A stretch of DNA of 64,000 bases, from assembly GCA_973895155.1 (NCBI GenBank), contig OZ316895.1, forward strand, positions 19,420,803 through 19,484,802. The letters run 5' to 3'. How positions within the stretch are numbered: the stretch's first letter is position 1; every line of letters starts with the position of its first letter. This document shows, piece after piece, positions 12,401 to 25,500 of the stretch. The position numbers and the translations under genes were made by a program. A model generated the notes under the pieces. That model had not been told where the DNA came from. It ran no database searches and saw only the letters and a program-made list of their open reading frames with translations. Source of the DNA: Marsupella aquatica (taxonomy: Eukaryota; Plantae; Marchantiophyta).

Positions 12401-15400
12401 GGAAAGCCTTGAAACCTGCACAGGCTGAACGTCCCCTCCGAATATCTTTTTTCTTGGGTAATAGTGCATATTGACGTTCTCCTAAAAAAGCATCGTGTTT
12501 CTTGTTTAAGTATTAACCCTTCATGTGAGCTCCTTTAAGAATAAAAGACAGTGTGAAGAAGCATCGAATGAGAGTCTATGATTAGCAATAACATGTGTTA
12601 GAATAAGATGGACATGACGCTTTCAATTGGAGCATCAGAGTCAATTAATGTGAAGTAGATGAGAGAGCTATGATTTGTGTTCGCTGTCCTCCGTTCGAAT
12701 CTTGCAATACAGTGTGTAGGTAGAGCCTGTAATCAAGTTGAAAAGTAAAGATGCCAGCGCTCTTAGGAAAATGTGGACAGGAAGCAAGATTGGCTTGATA
12801 CTGATCATTTTGCCGAAATTGATGATTCTTGACAGGAATGTTTACCGGCTGCTCGATAATGTTGGCTGTGGCATTTGCAACCGTTGTGCATGTGCTCTTT
12901 GCAAATTTGACAGAGTCAGAGCGGGCAGCCAGGACAAATTCTTACATGAATTCAGTCTTCCCAATATTTAGGTGTGCCTCCAAACAAACTTCTCCCGCAT
13001 ATGACGTACCGAAATTGATTCATAATAATATATATTGAAACTTAGATCTAAAAAATGAGCAGCTTGCTGAGCCAAGCTCTTTGGTATGTTTTAAAGCTAT
13101 CGCACAGGTGCGACGTTAAGAGCTCATCAGATTCTTGAAGTCGTGTGTACGTCAAGAGTATTAAATCAGTTTGTCAATCGATTGTCATAAGAGAAGCATT
13201 TTGGCTAAAACGTTGGGGAATGAGGGAATGCTGGAACGTAGGTCACTTGAATGGCTGGACGACACTTTCGCATAGAATATTCATAACGGGGTGACCTTTT
13301 TGATGCTGGGTTGGGAAGCATGATAGCGCTGCTTCTCCTACATTTGTACATGTATGGATGGAACCTCTATCTCTGGCAGCGGACTCGTATCAACTATGCT
13401 TTTATTTTTGAGTTTCCCTCGGGAACAGAGCTATCCTATCCAGAGGTCCTCCTGGTGTGTACAGGTCTCACTGTGGTACTTGGAGGAGGTATGCTGGGGC
13501 ACCTGGGTTCACATTACAGTGAATCTATACTGATCGATCTCATTCCTCTAGGGGCAGTTTCGGTATGTTACACTCAGGCACGGTATTTGTTTTGACAACT
13601 TGCATTCTTTGTTAACTTTGTAAGCCATAAGTGTAGCCAGTGCTGAATAGATGCCTCTGTTACGTCCAGTCTATAAATGTTACACGATTGTCCTCTCCGA
13701 TGTTAGGTTTATTTTGTTGGTGTTTTTGTTGTTGAAATATGTCTTAGTAAATTATGTTATCTGCTGCTAGAGACAGAAGGGCTGCTGTGTTCCTCATTTA
13801 GCAAGGTAAAGAATTGATTGTCAGTGTTACAAGGATCTGTTTGTCAACACTGCCCAATCAATGTTCTCTTCACTAGGCATCATAAATTACTCTCATAGGC
13901 TGTACCTGACAAGTGCGGTAACTCGAAAATCTCCGTGTGCAGATAACAGTCGGCCTGCTCTTTTGCCCATTTCGAATTTGCTATTTCTCAGCCAGAAAAG
14001 CTTTCCTAACTTGCATGTGGAGAATAATCTGTGCCCCATTCTACAAGGTGAAGTCCAGTATGCATGGACTCGATTGGCAGCTGCTTCTGCACTAGAATGT
14101 ATTTGTCACTTTTCCCTCCAAATTATACAGATCGTTTCTTGTTGACTCGAGATACACCAGAAGCAGTGGTATCTGAGTGTCTTGGCATGGTTCGTTTGGT
14201 GCAGGTCCTTCTGGTAGATTTTTTTCTCGGAGATCAGCTATGCAGTCAGGTTTGTTTACGTTCGGATCCCTAAGAGAACCAATCACAACCAGTGACTACA
14301 GTAGCTTCCAGCTGAGTACAGTAGATGCTGGTTCAAACGGCTTGGTTTCGAAGATAACTGTAATATCTGTCTCCACACATATTTGTTGAACGTTTTCTGG
14401 ATTGAAGGAGTGGACATAAGAAGCTGGAACTGCTCCTGATACGAGACTCTGACCCAAATATAGGCAGTGAAATCTAATGCTTGAATTGTTTCATCTTGCT
14501 GCATGAAGGTTCCTCTGCTACGAAATCTAGAGTATATTATGTGCTACTATGGTAGTGGTCACTTCAAGACCGATAATGGCGAAGCTTGTGCGAAGAACGA
14601 TCTGTTCCTTCAAGTTTCCTACATGATATCGGTACTACCTTACTGGTGGCGTTTGATGCAGGTACGTGTTCTGGAGTAGTCATCGATCAGTTAATTTCTA
14701 TTATACCACTAAAAGGTTTAATAAAGTACTCTAAGACGGCATAATTATCTAGTTAAGTTTTGGAAAAAACTTTGACGCGCGCCAAAAAGAATGACTGCCA
14801 TGAAGTGGAGCGTGCTACATTGGAGAGGTACCAATCATGCGTATTGTCGGCTCCTAAAGAAACTCCGAATTCTGCCAGTGAATTGAATGTCACTTAATTA
14901 ATGATTGTTCTCTTGGGTTACTCCGGTACTAGATTGAAAGGTCCCTTGTTAGTTTTTGTAGGACAGTACGCAGTAGAGCAGACCCGTGGATTGCAAGGTT
15001 TCACGAAATGACGATGGGTGTCTTTGTTACTCTTGTCAGTGTCTGAGGAGATACCGAGATGAGAACGATGGACCACACCTTGCAAATGCTGGAAAGTATC
15101 TCTCAGCAATTGTTGTCGTATTCACGAGGATTCAATATGGAAATACCGACAGTGTGAAGTGGATGCTGCTGTATATTATATCATCAACTTTCGCCACGTT
15201 TTACCAAATATACTGGGACCTTGTAATCGACTGGGGGCTCCTTCGGTGCAACTCGGTGAACCCTTGGTTGAGAGAGAAACTGATTCTGGAGGATCAGAGA
15301 TATGTATACTTTCTATCGATGGTAAGTGTATATATCTTTGAAGATCTCCCTCGATTCATTCATATCCTATCATTGGCGGTCTAAAGAACGTTTTCTAACA

Positions 15401-16168
15401 ATTTCCATGTTGGATTCGTTAGGGGCTGAACGTCATCCTACGGTTTCCATGGTTGCTGTCTGTTACGCACTTTCAGTTTGGCGGTATCGACAGTCACATT
15501 ACGGATTTCTTCTTGGCAGCTCTTGAAGTCGTTCGGAGGGGTCATTGGAATTTTTACAGGTAATTGGCCGGACTTACACCACGCATACATGAAGGAAGCT
15601 AGGAACGAAGGAATTATTTTCAGATGTCCCCTTTTAATTTGATCTCCTACAAGTAGATACAACATGCGTAAAACAAGAGTAGTCCTAGTTTGTAGGTGGT
15701 GGAGTATTACACATGCAACACATAGGGGCCTACTTGTAACTGTGCCTTAAATCTACATCAGCCGTATAACCAAAATATAAACCAAAACACATGTGAACAT
15801 AAATCAAAACACAACTTGTTTAAATCACTTGATCTATAGATTATAAATATAATGTATTGGTCTATAGATCATAAATATGATTTATAGATTATAAATATAA
15901 TATATTGGTCTATAGATCATATGATTTCTAGATTATAAATATAATGTATTGATTTATGTTCTGATATTTAATGCACAGTTACGTGCGCATAGAAGCATAT
16001 GAAAAAGTAATGTTAGATGGGGTTGAGTAATCGAGTCTCCGCGATTCTCCATTTCGAGCGAACTGCATTCTCACTGCCTCTCGTAGTCGCAGGTTGGAGA
16101 ACGAGCATCTGAACAATGTCGGGCACTACAGAGCCACCAAAACTGTGCCTCTTCCTTTCGACCGTTGA
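9416..16168 (+). CDS. PHO1: PHO1-family SPX-EXS phosphate exporter (multi-exon)
   Basis: Exons encode [155 protein letters not shown]. The exon junctions checked are GT-AG. Confidence 0.95.
15830..15960. repeat. AT-rich tandem repeat in the last PHO1 intron
   Basis: Reiterated TATAGATTATAAATATAAT(G/A)TATTGGTCTATAGATCATA units. Confidence 0.7.
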
Positions 16169-19100
16169 TCGGAGCCAATGTATTGTGTCAAGAAGTTCAG
16201 TGACCTTTGTATCAGAACCAAATGAGACGAACATGGCACTCCGGCAGAGCCACGTACTGTCTTAAAAGCAGGATACCATTATGGCAAGAACTCGGCTTGT
16301 GAGAATTTTCAGGAAACATGGTCTTCGGCACGTGTGTACCCTCTGGTAGCCGTCCTGCCGCATCTTGTCCAGCAATTCTAATGCGGTATATTGGCACGCA
16401 GAGAGTGCCTGCTGCTAAAGAGCCGCTATTGCGTGCAATGATGGTTATGTTTTGGTTGCCAATAGCCTCCGAAAGTAGCAGACGATTTCTGCTAGCATCC
16501 CTTCCCGTAGATGTGTACCCGGATTTTTGTTGTGAGTCTCGGTGATATTCTGTGCAGCCACTCAAGGCAAAAATCACAAGAATAAATCTTTCTGTGACGG
16601 ATGGGTAGCAAAACCACGTTATTTTCTCCTCATACTCGAAATGTCATGAGCTACAACGATCTCCAAATTCAACGACTGAGACAAGAAGATTCCAGCCATT
16701 TATTTCAGTCGGAAGCACTGGATTTGAGTATTACGTTACTTTCACCACGAGATCTTGTGGTTCCCTGGTGCTCAGACGATGGCATTTTTATGAAAGAAAT
16801 TTGCTGTGACACGTACATGTGCAGTAGAATGTGCGGGGGCGGTGCCGCGGTGGGCCCGGTCAAGAAAAATTGAGCAACGAAAGTGCGAATCACCCACGGC
16901 AAGGTGAAAGCTTGGTGTTGGAGCATGTCGGATCTATTCAGTTGTACTTGAATATCGGGAATGACTGAAGTCATTGAACATCTTGTCCTCGTTCTAGAGT
17001 TTGATCCAGAATTATTTAAACGAATCGTTGAAGTTCGAGGTGTCTGCAGGACGACTGGTTTCCTCGATTTTGGCACATTAGACTAAAATGAATAGAGCAA
17101 CGAATAGAAGGTCTGTGTTTTATGTAATGTGTCCAGTAGTTTGTACTTTCGACCGATTACGAAGATTTATTGGAATGGAATAGATTGTCGGCACTGGCGG
17201 CCCAAAGCTATCCTCGTCTCCGCTTCGATTAGAGAATACAGAAACTAATAAATGACGTTTGACAGAGTTGGGAGATTCGTCCGAAAGGATTCCATCTTCT
17301 AAAGGGTTGAGAAATGGGCGACCGAACAAAAATGTGTGACAGGTACTGCGACTAATAAGGCGTCATAACTGGGATCAAAGGTACCGATTCCGAAACGATT
17401 TAAGCGTTGTTCTGTACTACAATATTTAAAATCAGTAGAGGATTAAATTTATGCTGAATTCATCATATAACGCCACAAGCCATATAAAAGGGGAAGTGTC
17501 CAACACTTCTCCCTTTTTCATGTTCTTCATTCTTCTCCTCTCCTGTGCCATTTTGCCCCACAATTTCAAGAAAAGTGTTGTATTAATGGTGAAACCGGGT
17601 GGATCCAGGGTTTGTCATGGCTAGTGTTGGTTCAAACAGATTAGGCACTGATGAAGTCTGTCTTCACATAGATTGAATCGAAATCTGAAAAGGAGGTTTC
17701 ACGTACATTGGATCAATACTAGATTGCCTATGTAATCCAGAGATCCTAAGGTGCACTGTAACGACACAAATGGTGAGTGGAGAAGGAAAGGGAAGCAAAC
17801 AGAGGTGTGTGTGATTGTGTCTGCAACTTGCAAGGTTTCTGGCATTGAGTTGAATTCCGAAGCGATATCATATCCTAGTAGTGGTGTTGAAGAAAGTGGT
17901 AAAATTCATTAGTACGAAATCCAATTCGACTACAAGTATGAATGGGCCCATTAAAGCATGATGCCAAAACTTTGTTTTTGATACTTTAATAGCAGTGAAA
18001 GACTTAACCGGGCACTTGAAGCCAAAAGACATGCTAAACAGGCTCCTATCTGTGTACATGACTTAACCGGGCTCCTTGGATTCTGCTAGCCGGCAGCAAC
18101 TGCAGTTTAACCCTACTGCCATGGCATCCACAGCTGCTACCACAGTTCGCAGCGAACCAGCTGCCGGATTTCGCCTGAACGCCGGTGTCAGGTTCGTTGC
18201 GCTTGCAGCTCTTTAAACCGACATTGCACCTGCAGAGGCTCTGAATGGGATTTGGTTTGGCAGTTGTTGTCGGGGTGTGAATCCTCATTGCACACCTCTG
18301 TAATTGCAGAACTCTGATCCGTGGCTCTCAGAAAAGACACATCCCCAAGATATGAATCTCGAGGTTCAGTCTTAAGAATGATGTTGCTCGATATACGATT
18401 TAGTTATTCGTTTCTTTTCTCATCAGATTCAAATTCAATCTGTTCAATTCGACTAAGATGTGCCTGGTTACGAAGCTTCAAAAGCACAGAGATTGCACAG
18501 GTTCTAACTTAGTAGCAACGATTTATGACAACGTCGTTTTCAATTCAAATCCCTTGAACAAAGCCAATTCGAGGAAAGCTGACTGCAAGAGTGAGAGAAA
18601 GGCCGAGTGAATGGATACAGATATGCTTGGTGTAACATGGAGATGCATAGAACCCTGGAAAAGCCCAATCTTCGTCTAGAATTGCCCGAGGGGGACCGAC
18701 TGTGTTGCTCGATTTTCGATGGATCAACGATGCTGTGATGGGCATGGGATGATTACATTGTGCTGATAGATTCTCCTGCAGTTCAGAGAACTTTCCGTAG
18801 TTCACTGCGTCCGGTCCTTCTAAAGTACAATCTTTCCTACAATGCCTGACGAAAGAACTCCCTTGTACCAGGTAAGGTAATTCCAGGTAGTACAGCAATA
18901 TCTGGTTTACAATCTTTACCATCCTACCTTGAAGTACTAGTGGATTAATGAATGGGCACCCCATTTCAATCAATCCAACAATGCCAATGCCTAAACCTGC
19001 ACTTTTGTTCCATCCATCCAAGTTTGTAAATAGACCACCAAAGAGTAGTTTTGGCGGGATTCTTGATTATAGAAGTACTGGTCATTATAGCGCGAGAGGG

Positions 19101-19879
19101 AAGACCCTAAACCCTAACCCTTCCTTGCATAGCAAAGTTTTTCGTTGCATGACCCATATTTTCCTCTACCCAACTGCCTACCTAACAACAACCTGTTTGG
19201 TAACATCCATTTTGGGGACTACTCTTTTGGCTAGCCAACTAGTCTTTAAAAAACATAAAAAATATAAAAGGCAGCAAAACTAAAACTTCCACCAAAAAAG
19301 TTATAAATCAGGAAAAAACAAAGTACGCCAAAAGGGGAAGAAGAAAAAAAAAGTACACCAGAATGAAAGAAAAAGTGGTCCAGAGAGTACAAACACCAAA
19401 CAAAGACAAAGAAAAGCAAATGCAATTCTAACAAAGGAAGAATAGAAAGGGAAAAGAGAGGGAAAAGTGTCTAACACTACACTAATCTAAACCACCACTA
19501 GCCATGTAAAAGGGGGGAAGTGTCCAAGACTTCTCTTTATGGATCCCATGAGGAGTCTCTTGCAAATTTCCTAGCACAAGTATATGTCAAAAAATTGACG
19601 ACAAAACTATTTTGCAGAAAAAACATGTTCCGAGATCCTGTTTGTGCTGAGTTTTCTGTAACAACTTGGACGCCATGCAGTAATTCCTACATGTAAAAGT
19701 GAAATCAAATACATAAGAAGATGTCAGTTTTTTCAAACAGTAACCATTTAGTTATGTTTTCCTTGTATTTAAAATATAAAATAAATTCTGAATTTTGGCA
19801 ACAAACAAAAATAAAATGGTTGCCAAAAGAGTAACCAACTCTGAATTTTGATTTGTTTGCTTCTTCCTCGGAATGATTT

Positions 19880-20150
19880 TTAACTTTATAAATTTGTCAG
19901 CCGCGAAAAACCCCATGGCAAGGGCGAACAAGCAGCCACATGAGGCGCATAAGGGGGCAAGGCAAAAAAACAGCAAAGGGAATCCAATCCCACGTAGAAC
20001 CAAGCTAACAAGAACCCCACGGGGAGCAAAGGCAGCCAAAGCCCGCTCGCCCCCAGCAACCCAATAAACGAGGTCAGCCAGATGTGATACGGCCATCCGA
20101 GCCTGAGCCAGCCCCTACGCAAATCATCAATCCAGGTTTTGGCACGAAGC
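19880..20150 (-). mobile_element. Possible 3' end of a non-LTR (CRE-like) retrotransposon
   Basis: The minus strand reads HLLRAK..LRLG/MAVSHLADLVY followed by a GT-rich 3' UTR, similar in character to the 3' end of the element at 39300-39660. Weak support. Confidence 0.35.
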
Positions 20151-20299
20151 AAGTGGGTGAGCTTGCGACCCGGAGGGGACCTGCAGCCCACAGCAGAGAG
20201 ATGGTCCGCCGGCTCAGACTCTGCGCTCCCCCCCCCCACGCGCGCCTGGAACATGTGGTCTCAGGAACTGGTATACTCTATAGTTTTCAATCTTGAAAT

Positions 20300-21330
20300 C
20301 GGGCTTGAAATCTTTCAACAGCTCATCTCTATCAGCCCACCTCCACTGCTTGGAGTCTGTAAAGAAAATTGTCACAACTACAGTTAGGTGAGCGCCATGT
20401 AAACTCCAAGAAATCTTTGACTATCCTCCTATGCTCCGCTGTGAACCCCCGCAGGTGCAGCCATCATAGAGGGAGGTCCTTCCAGCCTCCCTCCTCACAT
20501 GACCAGCCGTCCCCTTTGGACCTCAGTCCCAGCCTCCCACAGAAAGCTGTGATCTCTCGGGGGCCTCAATCCAAGGGGTAACCCATATCACGCGCAAAGT
20601 TTTGGGGGAATAAACACCCTAAAAGTTAAGTCAATAAAGTTTTTTTTAGTTTTTACCCCTAACTGAATGAAATATTCCCAACTTTGATTTTAAAATTAAA
20701 ACCCTATGATTCTTAGAATTCTCAAAATTGGATTAAAATAACCCTAATGTTCTTCAACAAAAATTTAAAAGTATTTCATTAAACCCAATAAAAAACCTTA
20801 TACTTATTCGCGCGTGATGGGTAGGAAGAAAAGAAGTGAGGACCCCGGGCGTAATCTTGACAATATCATTGTTGGGAAGGGAATTAAATCCTACCAGGCA
20901 GCAGAGAGTATCATTAATGCTCCAACAAGCAGGAGCCCCTAATCTTCCTGGCTCAAAGGAGAGGTGGGCTCTCACTAGCTCCCAACACTTCCATAGTCCG
21001 CCCATGTATGGTAAACCACCAAAGAAACGGGGGGTAGAAAGGAGAAGCCTCTCCTGAAATGTGTATCTGTTCCGTCTGATTACCTTGAAGTTCAGCCATC
21101 CCATTAATGACAGGTTGACACTCAGCATGCCGGCCCATTCAAGGTTCAGGAAATTCAGAGCCCTGATGAACCATTGCAAGAGCAAAGCAATGATTTTTTT
21201 GCTTCTTACATGGCTTCTTAGATTTGTGAAGCCTAGTTTGGAAATCTTGGTTGGAATAGGAAACAGTTGGGTTACTTTGGCTTGGAAGTAATGATGCGGT
21301 AGTTTGTTTGTGATCGATGTTCCACTCAAA
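20300..21330 (-). mobile_element. L1-type LINE ORF2 fragment (post-RT region), interrupted by MITE copy 2
   Basis: IPTKISKLGFTNLRS..IALLLQWFIRAL..W and LWKCWELVRAHL resemble the 'PK..GGLG..L...ALL.KW..R' segment of plant L1 ORF2. Confidence 0.55.
20556..20849. mobile_element. MITE copy 2
   Basis: Ends CTCGGGGGCCTCA...TGAGGACCCCGGG. Flanks TGTGATCT and CGTAATCT match 6/8. Inner inverted motif ATCACGCGC/GCGCGTGAT. Confidence 0.75.
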
Positions 21331-21399
21331 TTTCACTATGGGTTTATGACAATAGCGGCTCTAGAGTTTATGCCCAGCTGCCTGCCTGCATTGAGAACC

Positions 21400-22420
21400 T
21401 AATTAAGCTATGGGGAGCGCCCTGGAGTTACAATAATGTGTTGCTGGTAATATCCAACACTTCTCGGGAATTGCAGCAAGGAGATTTACACTCTTCCCCA
21501 TGGCGGCGAAACTGAGTACCAATGAATAGTAAAAGCTTTCACAGCTCTGCAACAGAAACATTGCAAGGTAAAAGTCGTGAGTGTCCGCCATATGTTACAG
21601 TTGCATATATTACACAGACAGAAGATGGGGAGTCTACCACAGAAGAAGTCCCCGTCAATAGCACGGACATGTCCAGCAGAATTGGGATAATAAAATGATA
21701 ACGATCTCTCTGTGTCTGCCATTTAGTAAACGTTGCGTGAGAGATCCTGCAGTGAGCAAACAGAAATTTTCATGTTGAATTGACCCAAGTGATGCAAGGG
21801 TTCACTGACATCAATCCTCCGACTTCCATGGAAAGAGAAAATCACCTTCCTTTCAACTACAAATTTATTCTGAGAATCAATTCATTACCATTACTTTTGA
21901 CAATTCACATCTTTCTTACAGTCAAAAGTCTCATGCAGCTCACTTTTCTGTCAAACCATGCAACAAACTCAAGCACACTTGAAATCTACAAGACAAGAAA
22001 TTACCAAAACTTGTGCTTGCCAAGGCTCTTCAAAGTTTCATTTTGAAGTCCGATGATTGCAGTTGTGCAGGTTAGGATTTACACGTTCAATGAAAGATTA
22101 TTTGTATCATTGGCATACCACCGGGCATACCTTGACTGTTTTGTACTATCAAGTCAAAATCTAACATTGTACATAGAATTGTAGTCTCTTTGTCTGGTTT
22201 GTCCATTCTTTCAATCCATTTGGTTTATTCTTGCCTGGGTGTTGACATGCAGACAAATTAAGTAACAATTTTTGTTCCTTTGTAGGCCAAAGTCTGAACC
22301 TACTGCAAAAAGTGAAGAAAATCTTCCAGCATATGGTTCATATCCTTGGTCGGGTCCCAAATTGTGGAGATAGGTAACATCATTAGTTATCAGTGATTGA
22401 TAACTGATATCAGTCACTGA
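21400..22420 (-). pseudogene. Possible decayed IPC-synthase/sphingomyelin-synthase-like gene fragments
   Basis: An exon-like segment YQSLITNDVTYLHNLGP (ending at a GTAGG donor) and a downstream frameshifted segment NIWRTL..FTI.GTQF..EECK loosely recall plant IPCS (HYIHRPGP; IWCRVL..TFYSTQLPGP..C). Weak, by eye only. Confidence 0.25.
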
Positions 22421-22640
22421 TATTAGTGAAGGGTCCACAGTGAGGGGATGCGGGCGAGGTCGCTGACATTGGCAAGGAAATATCGACGAACTTGCCAACA
22501 TTGTAAAATCGTTCTTGTGGAGCTTATATGTCATTTCCGTACACTTTAATGCGACAAAAAAAGAATATCAACAAGGTCGCCGACTTGATCTTTACTAGAA
22601 AATATTGGAAACTTCATACATTGTCATTCCTTGGCGGGTT

Positions 22641-22967
22641 CTCGGGGGGGTCACTATATGGAGGGCTATACATTGCGTGCGACATTTTAGGGTTTGACCC
22701 CCCTAACTTATAAGTGAAAATTATTTTTTTGCAAAGCCCTTTCTTTCTTTAAATATTGTCATTTTTTATTAAAAAAACCCCTAAAAACTTTAAAGAAAGT
22801 ATTTTTTGCAATTAAATAGGCCTATGTGTTCTTTAAAGTCGACCAGTCAATAAAACATGCCCTATGTGTTCTTCCACAAAACTTTGGAAGTCTTCCGCCA
22901 CCCATTTAAATGGGCCTATACTTCGTCGCACGTGATGTGCCACTTCCGTGGAAGTGACCCCCCCGAG
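22641..22967. mobile_element. MITE copy 3 (best preserved)
   Basis: Perfect 15-bp TIR CTCGGGGGGGTCACT / AGTGACCCCCCCGAG. Perfect 8-bp TSD GGCGGGTT at 22633-22640 and 22968-22975. Inner inverted motif CATTGCGTGCGAC / GTCGCACGTGATG. Confidence 0.93.
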
Positions 22968-23158
22968 GGCGGGTTAGACACTACTCTTGGCTGTTCCGTC
23001 TTGGGAAAAGCTCTCGGTGAGGGTCGCCGACTTCACTAAGCTACCTGCTCAAAACTAAGCTACCTACTCAAAACCACAAAATGTGTCTAACCTTCTAAGT
23101 TGCAATGTTCCGCTATTCCCTATTTCCTACAAGTGAATGTGTGCTCATCTTTGCACAT

Positions 23159-24190
23159 TCACTCCAGTGGATGCCTCCAATTCAGCTCTTGTCGAGAGGA
23201 GGTCATTAATTTTATCCATAGATTCTGGATGTCGTCAGTCATCTCCCATAGCCTAGCCTGCACATCTACATGGAGGCTCATAAGCTTTTGGAAGTCTGAC
23301 TTGGTCTCCGCGATCTCCTTATCCAAACTCTGCAGCAACTCCTTAGCACACCCAGAGTCAACATCAGCACATTTCTTACACTTGGCACTGGGCAAGTCCT
23401 TGTGGCTGGTTGTGTTGTCATGACCATGGAACTTAGCAGCACCATCTGCGAGCATCTTCAAATTCTCCAAAGATTTTGCTTGCATCACCAATAGCCTTGC
23501 CATTATCTGGAGATCTCAACAAATGAGGAGCTTCACCATCACCGCCAGGCAGTGTGGTAGCCATTGCAATAGGATGCTTCCTAGGATGACCTTGTTTCCT
23601 CTTCTCTGTCAAAAGCCAAAGAGCTTCATTATCTGGTAACGCAATTGACATGACGATGAAATGCTTCCTGGGATAACCTTGTTTCCTCTTTTCTGCCAAG
23701 AGCCAAAGAGCTTCATTATTAGGTAATGCAATTGATATTATGATGAGATGTTTTCTTGGCTAACCTTGTTTCCTCTTTTGTGGAAAAATGGGTGTGTGCC
23801 TGTTTTGGACACCAATCACAGACTCCAATCCAGCCATGGTCGACACTCCTACAATTGGTGATCCAAAAACAACCTCAAGAGCTCGGATATGGCTGCTCCT
23901 TGGGCGCCTTTGTTTCCTTCCTGAAGAGGTGCTCTCCCCTGATGAGAAAGAAGGGGGAAATGGGAGGGCGCACTGCGCTGTCACATTGCCTTCACCTCCA
24001 TCTTTGTTTGCACCATGTTTACAAGGACTTTGATAACAATGACTTTGGTATGGAATGACTGATTCACATACTTCACATACCCAACGCCAAATATGTACAA
24101 ACGAGGATCGGGCAGAAAGCAATCGCCGTAGAATGGGTACATGTCTATTCACACGCATGTCAGGTCCCGTCAACACTATCGAATCCATGT
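23159..24190 (-). pseudogene. TE-borne AT-hook-repeat / coiled-coil protein, decayed
   Basis: Three 87-bp repeats (23589, 23676, 23763) encode KRKQG(H/Y/*)PRK, which is KRKRGRPRK after mostly CpG-type transitions. They are followed by CKKC and a heptad-like ELLQSLDKEIAETKSDFQKL. Frameshifts and stops are present. Confidence 0.6.
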
Positions 24191-25500
24191 TGAGGTGACC
24201 TGCAACAGTTGAGGCGATCCATCAACATCGCCGCTAACAATTCAACAATCATTGGTATCCTACCATATTCAAGTCAACCCTCATAATAACGACTACATGT
24301 CTATTCAGACGCAAGCCAAGTTTGGCCAACACAAATGAGTTTATGGTGATTTGACCTCTAACGGTCATAGACATTTTGACCGTCATGATTAGTTTTTGGG
24401 ACTGTACAAGCACTTCATCATCCTCATGGGCACCACAGTACGTCATCCCATGTTGGCAAGGGTCTTTGAGATTGGAGGCCAGTGAGGTGAGAGGGTCTCC
24501 AAGTTTTGGCGGTATTTTATTGACCTCTAACGGTCAAACCTTTTTCAACGTCATGATTAGTTTTTGGGACTGTACAAGCACTTCATCATCGTCACTCTAT
24601 TGTAGGCTTTGCATGCACTTTTGGGTATTCATCATTGTATTTTGTCAAGGGTCTCTGACATCATTTGAAACGGAATACTGTTAATTCCATTTTGGAGAGG
24701 GTTTCTGAGAGACACGGTGTATGTTGTAGCTAACCTTTAAAATTGTTAAGAGGGTCAATAAGTTGTGTCGTCTGACCAAAGTACATCATCCCATGTCAAA
24801 GAGGATCTCTGAGAGACACGGTGTATGTTATAGCTAATCTTTAAAATTGTTAAGAGGGTCAACAAGTTGTGTCGTCTGACCAAAGTACGTCATCTCATGT
24901 TGGAGAGGGTCTCTAAGAGACATGTTGTGTTGTCTAGCCAAAGTACGTCATCCCATGTCGGCAAGGGTCTCTGAGATTGGAGGCTGTTGTAAAGTTCTAT
25001 TGTCACTTGGAGCAATCTAAGGCACGCAAGCATATCTCGAAGAGGGCCTCCAAGATCTGGCCAACAATCATCTCAGAGACCCTCGCCAAGTTTGCATGTC
25101 AGCAAGGTAGTCGACTTTGGCAATCTGACGTACGTTAAGCAATCTGACGTATGCCAGCATATCTCGGAGAAGGCCGCCAAGATCTGGCCAAGATTCATCT
25201 CAGAGACCCAAGCCGAGTTCTAAATGTCGACGAGGTAGTTGACATTGAAAAAACACCGTGCCAAACATGTTTGCCGTGCAAATGTCAAGTAATTTATTAA
25301 TCATAAACTCGTACAAAATTTATCCATGTTATTAAATCTGAACCAAAACTACCATGTGAGGATAAATCCTTCTAAACTAAACCTAAAACAACATGGCGGC
25401 CAACCAACTGCTTCCTAAAATGGACCCTAAACCCTAAATGATCAAATGTCATCACTATGAAGCCCGTACCCACTATCAGGATTGTTGCTCTCCCAACCCG

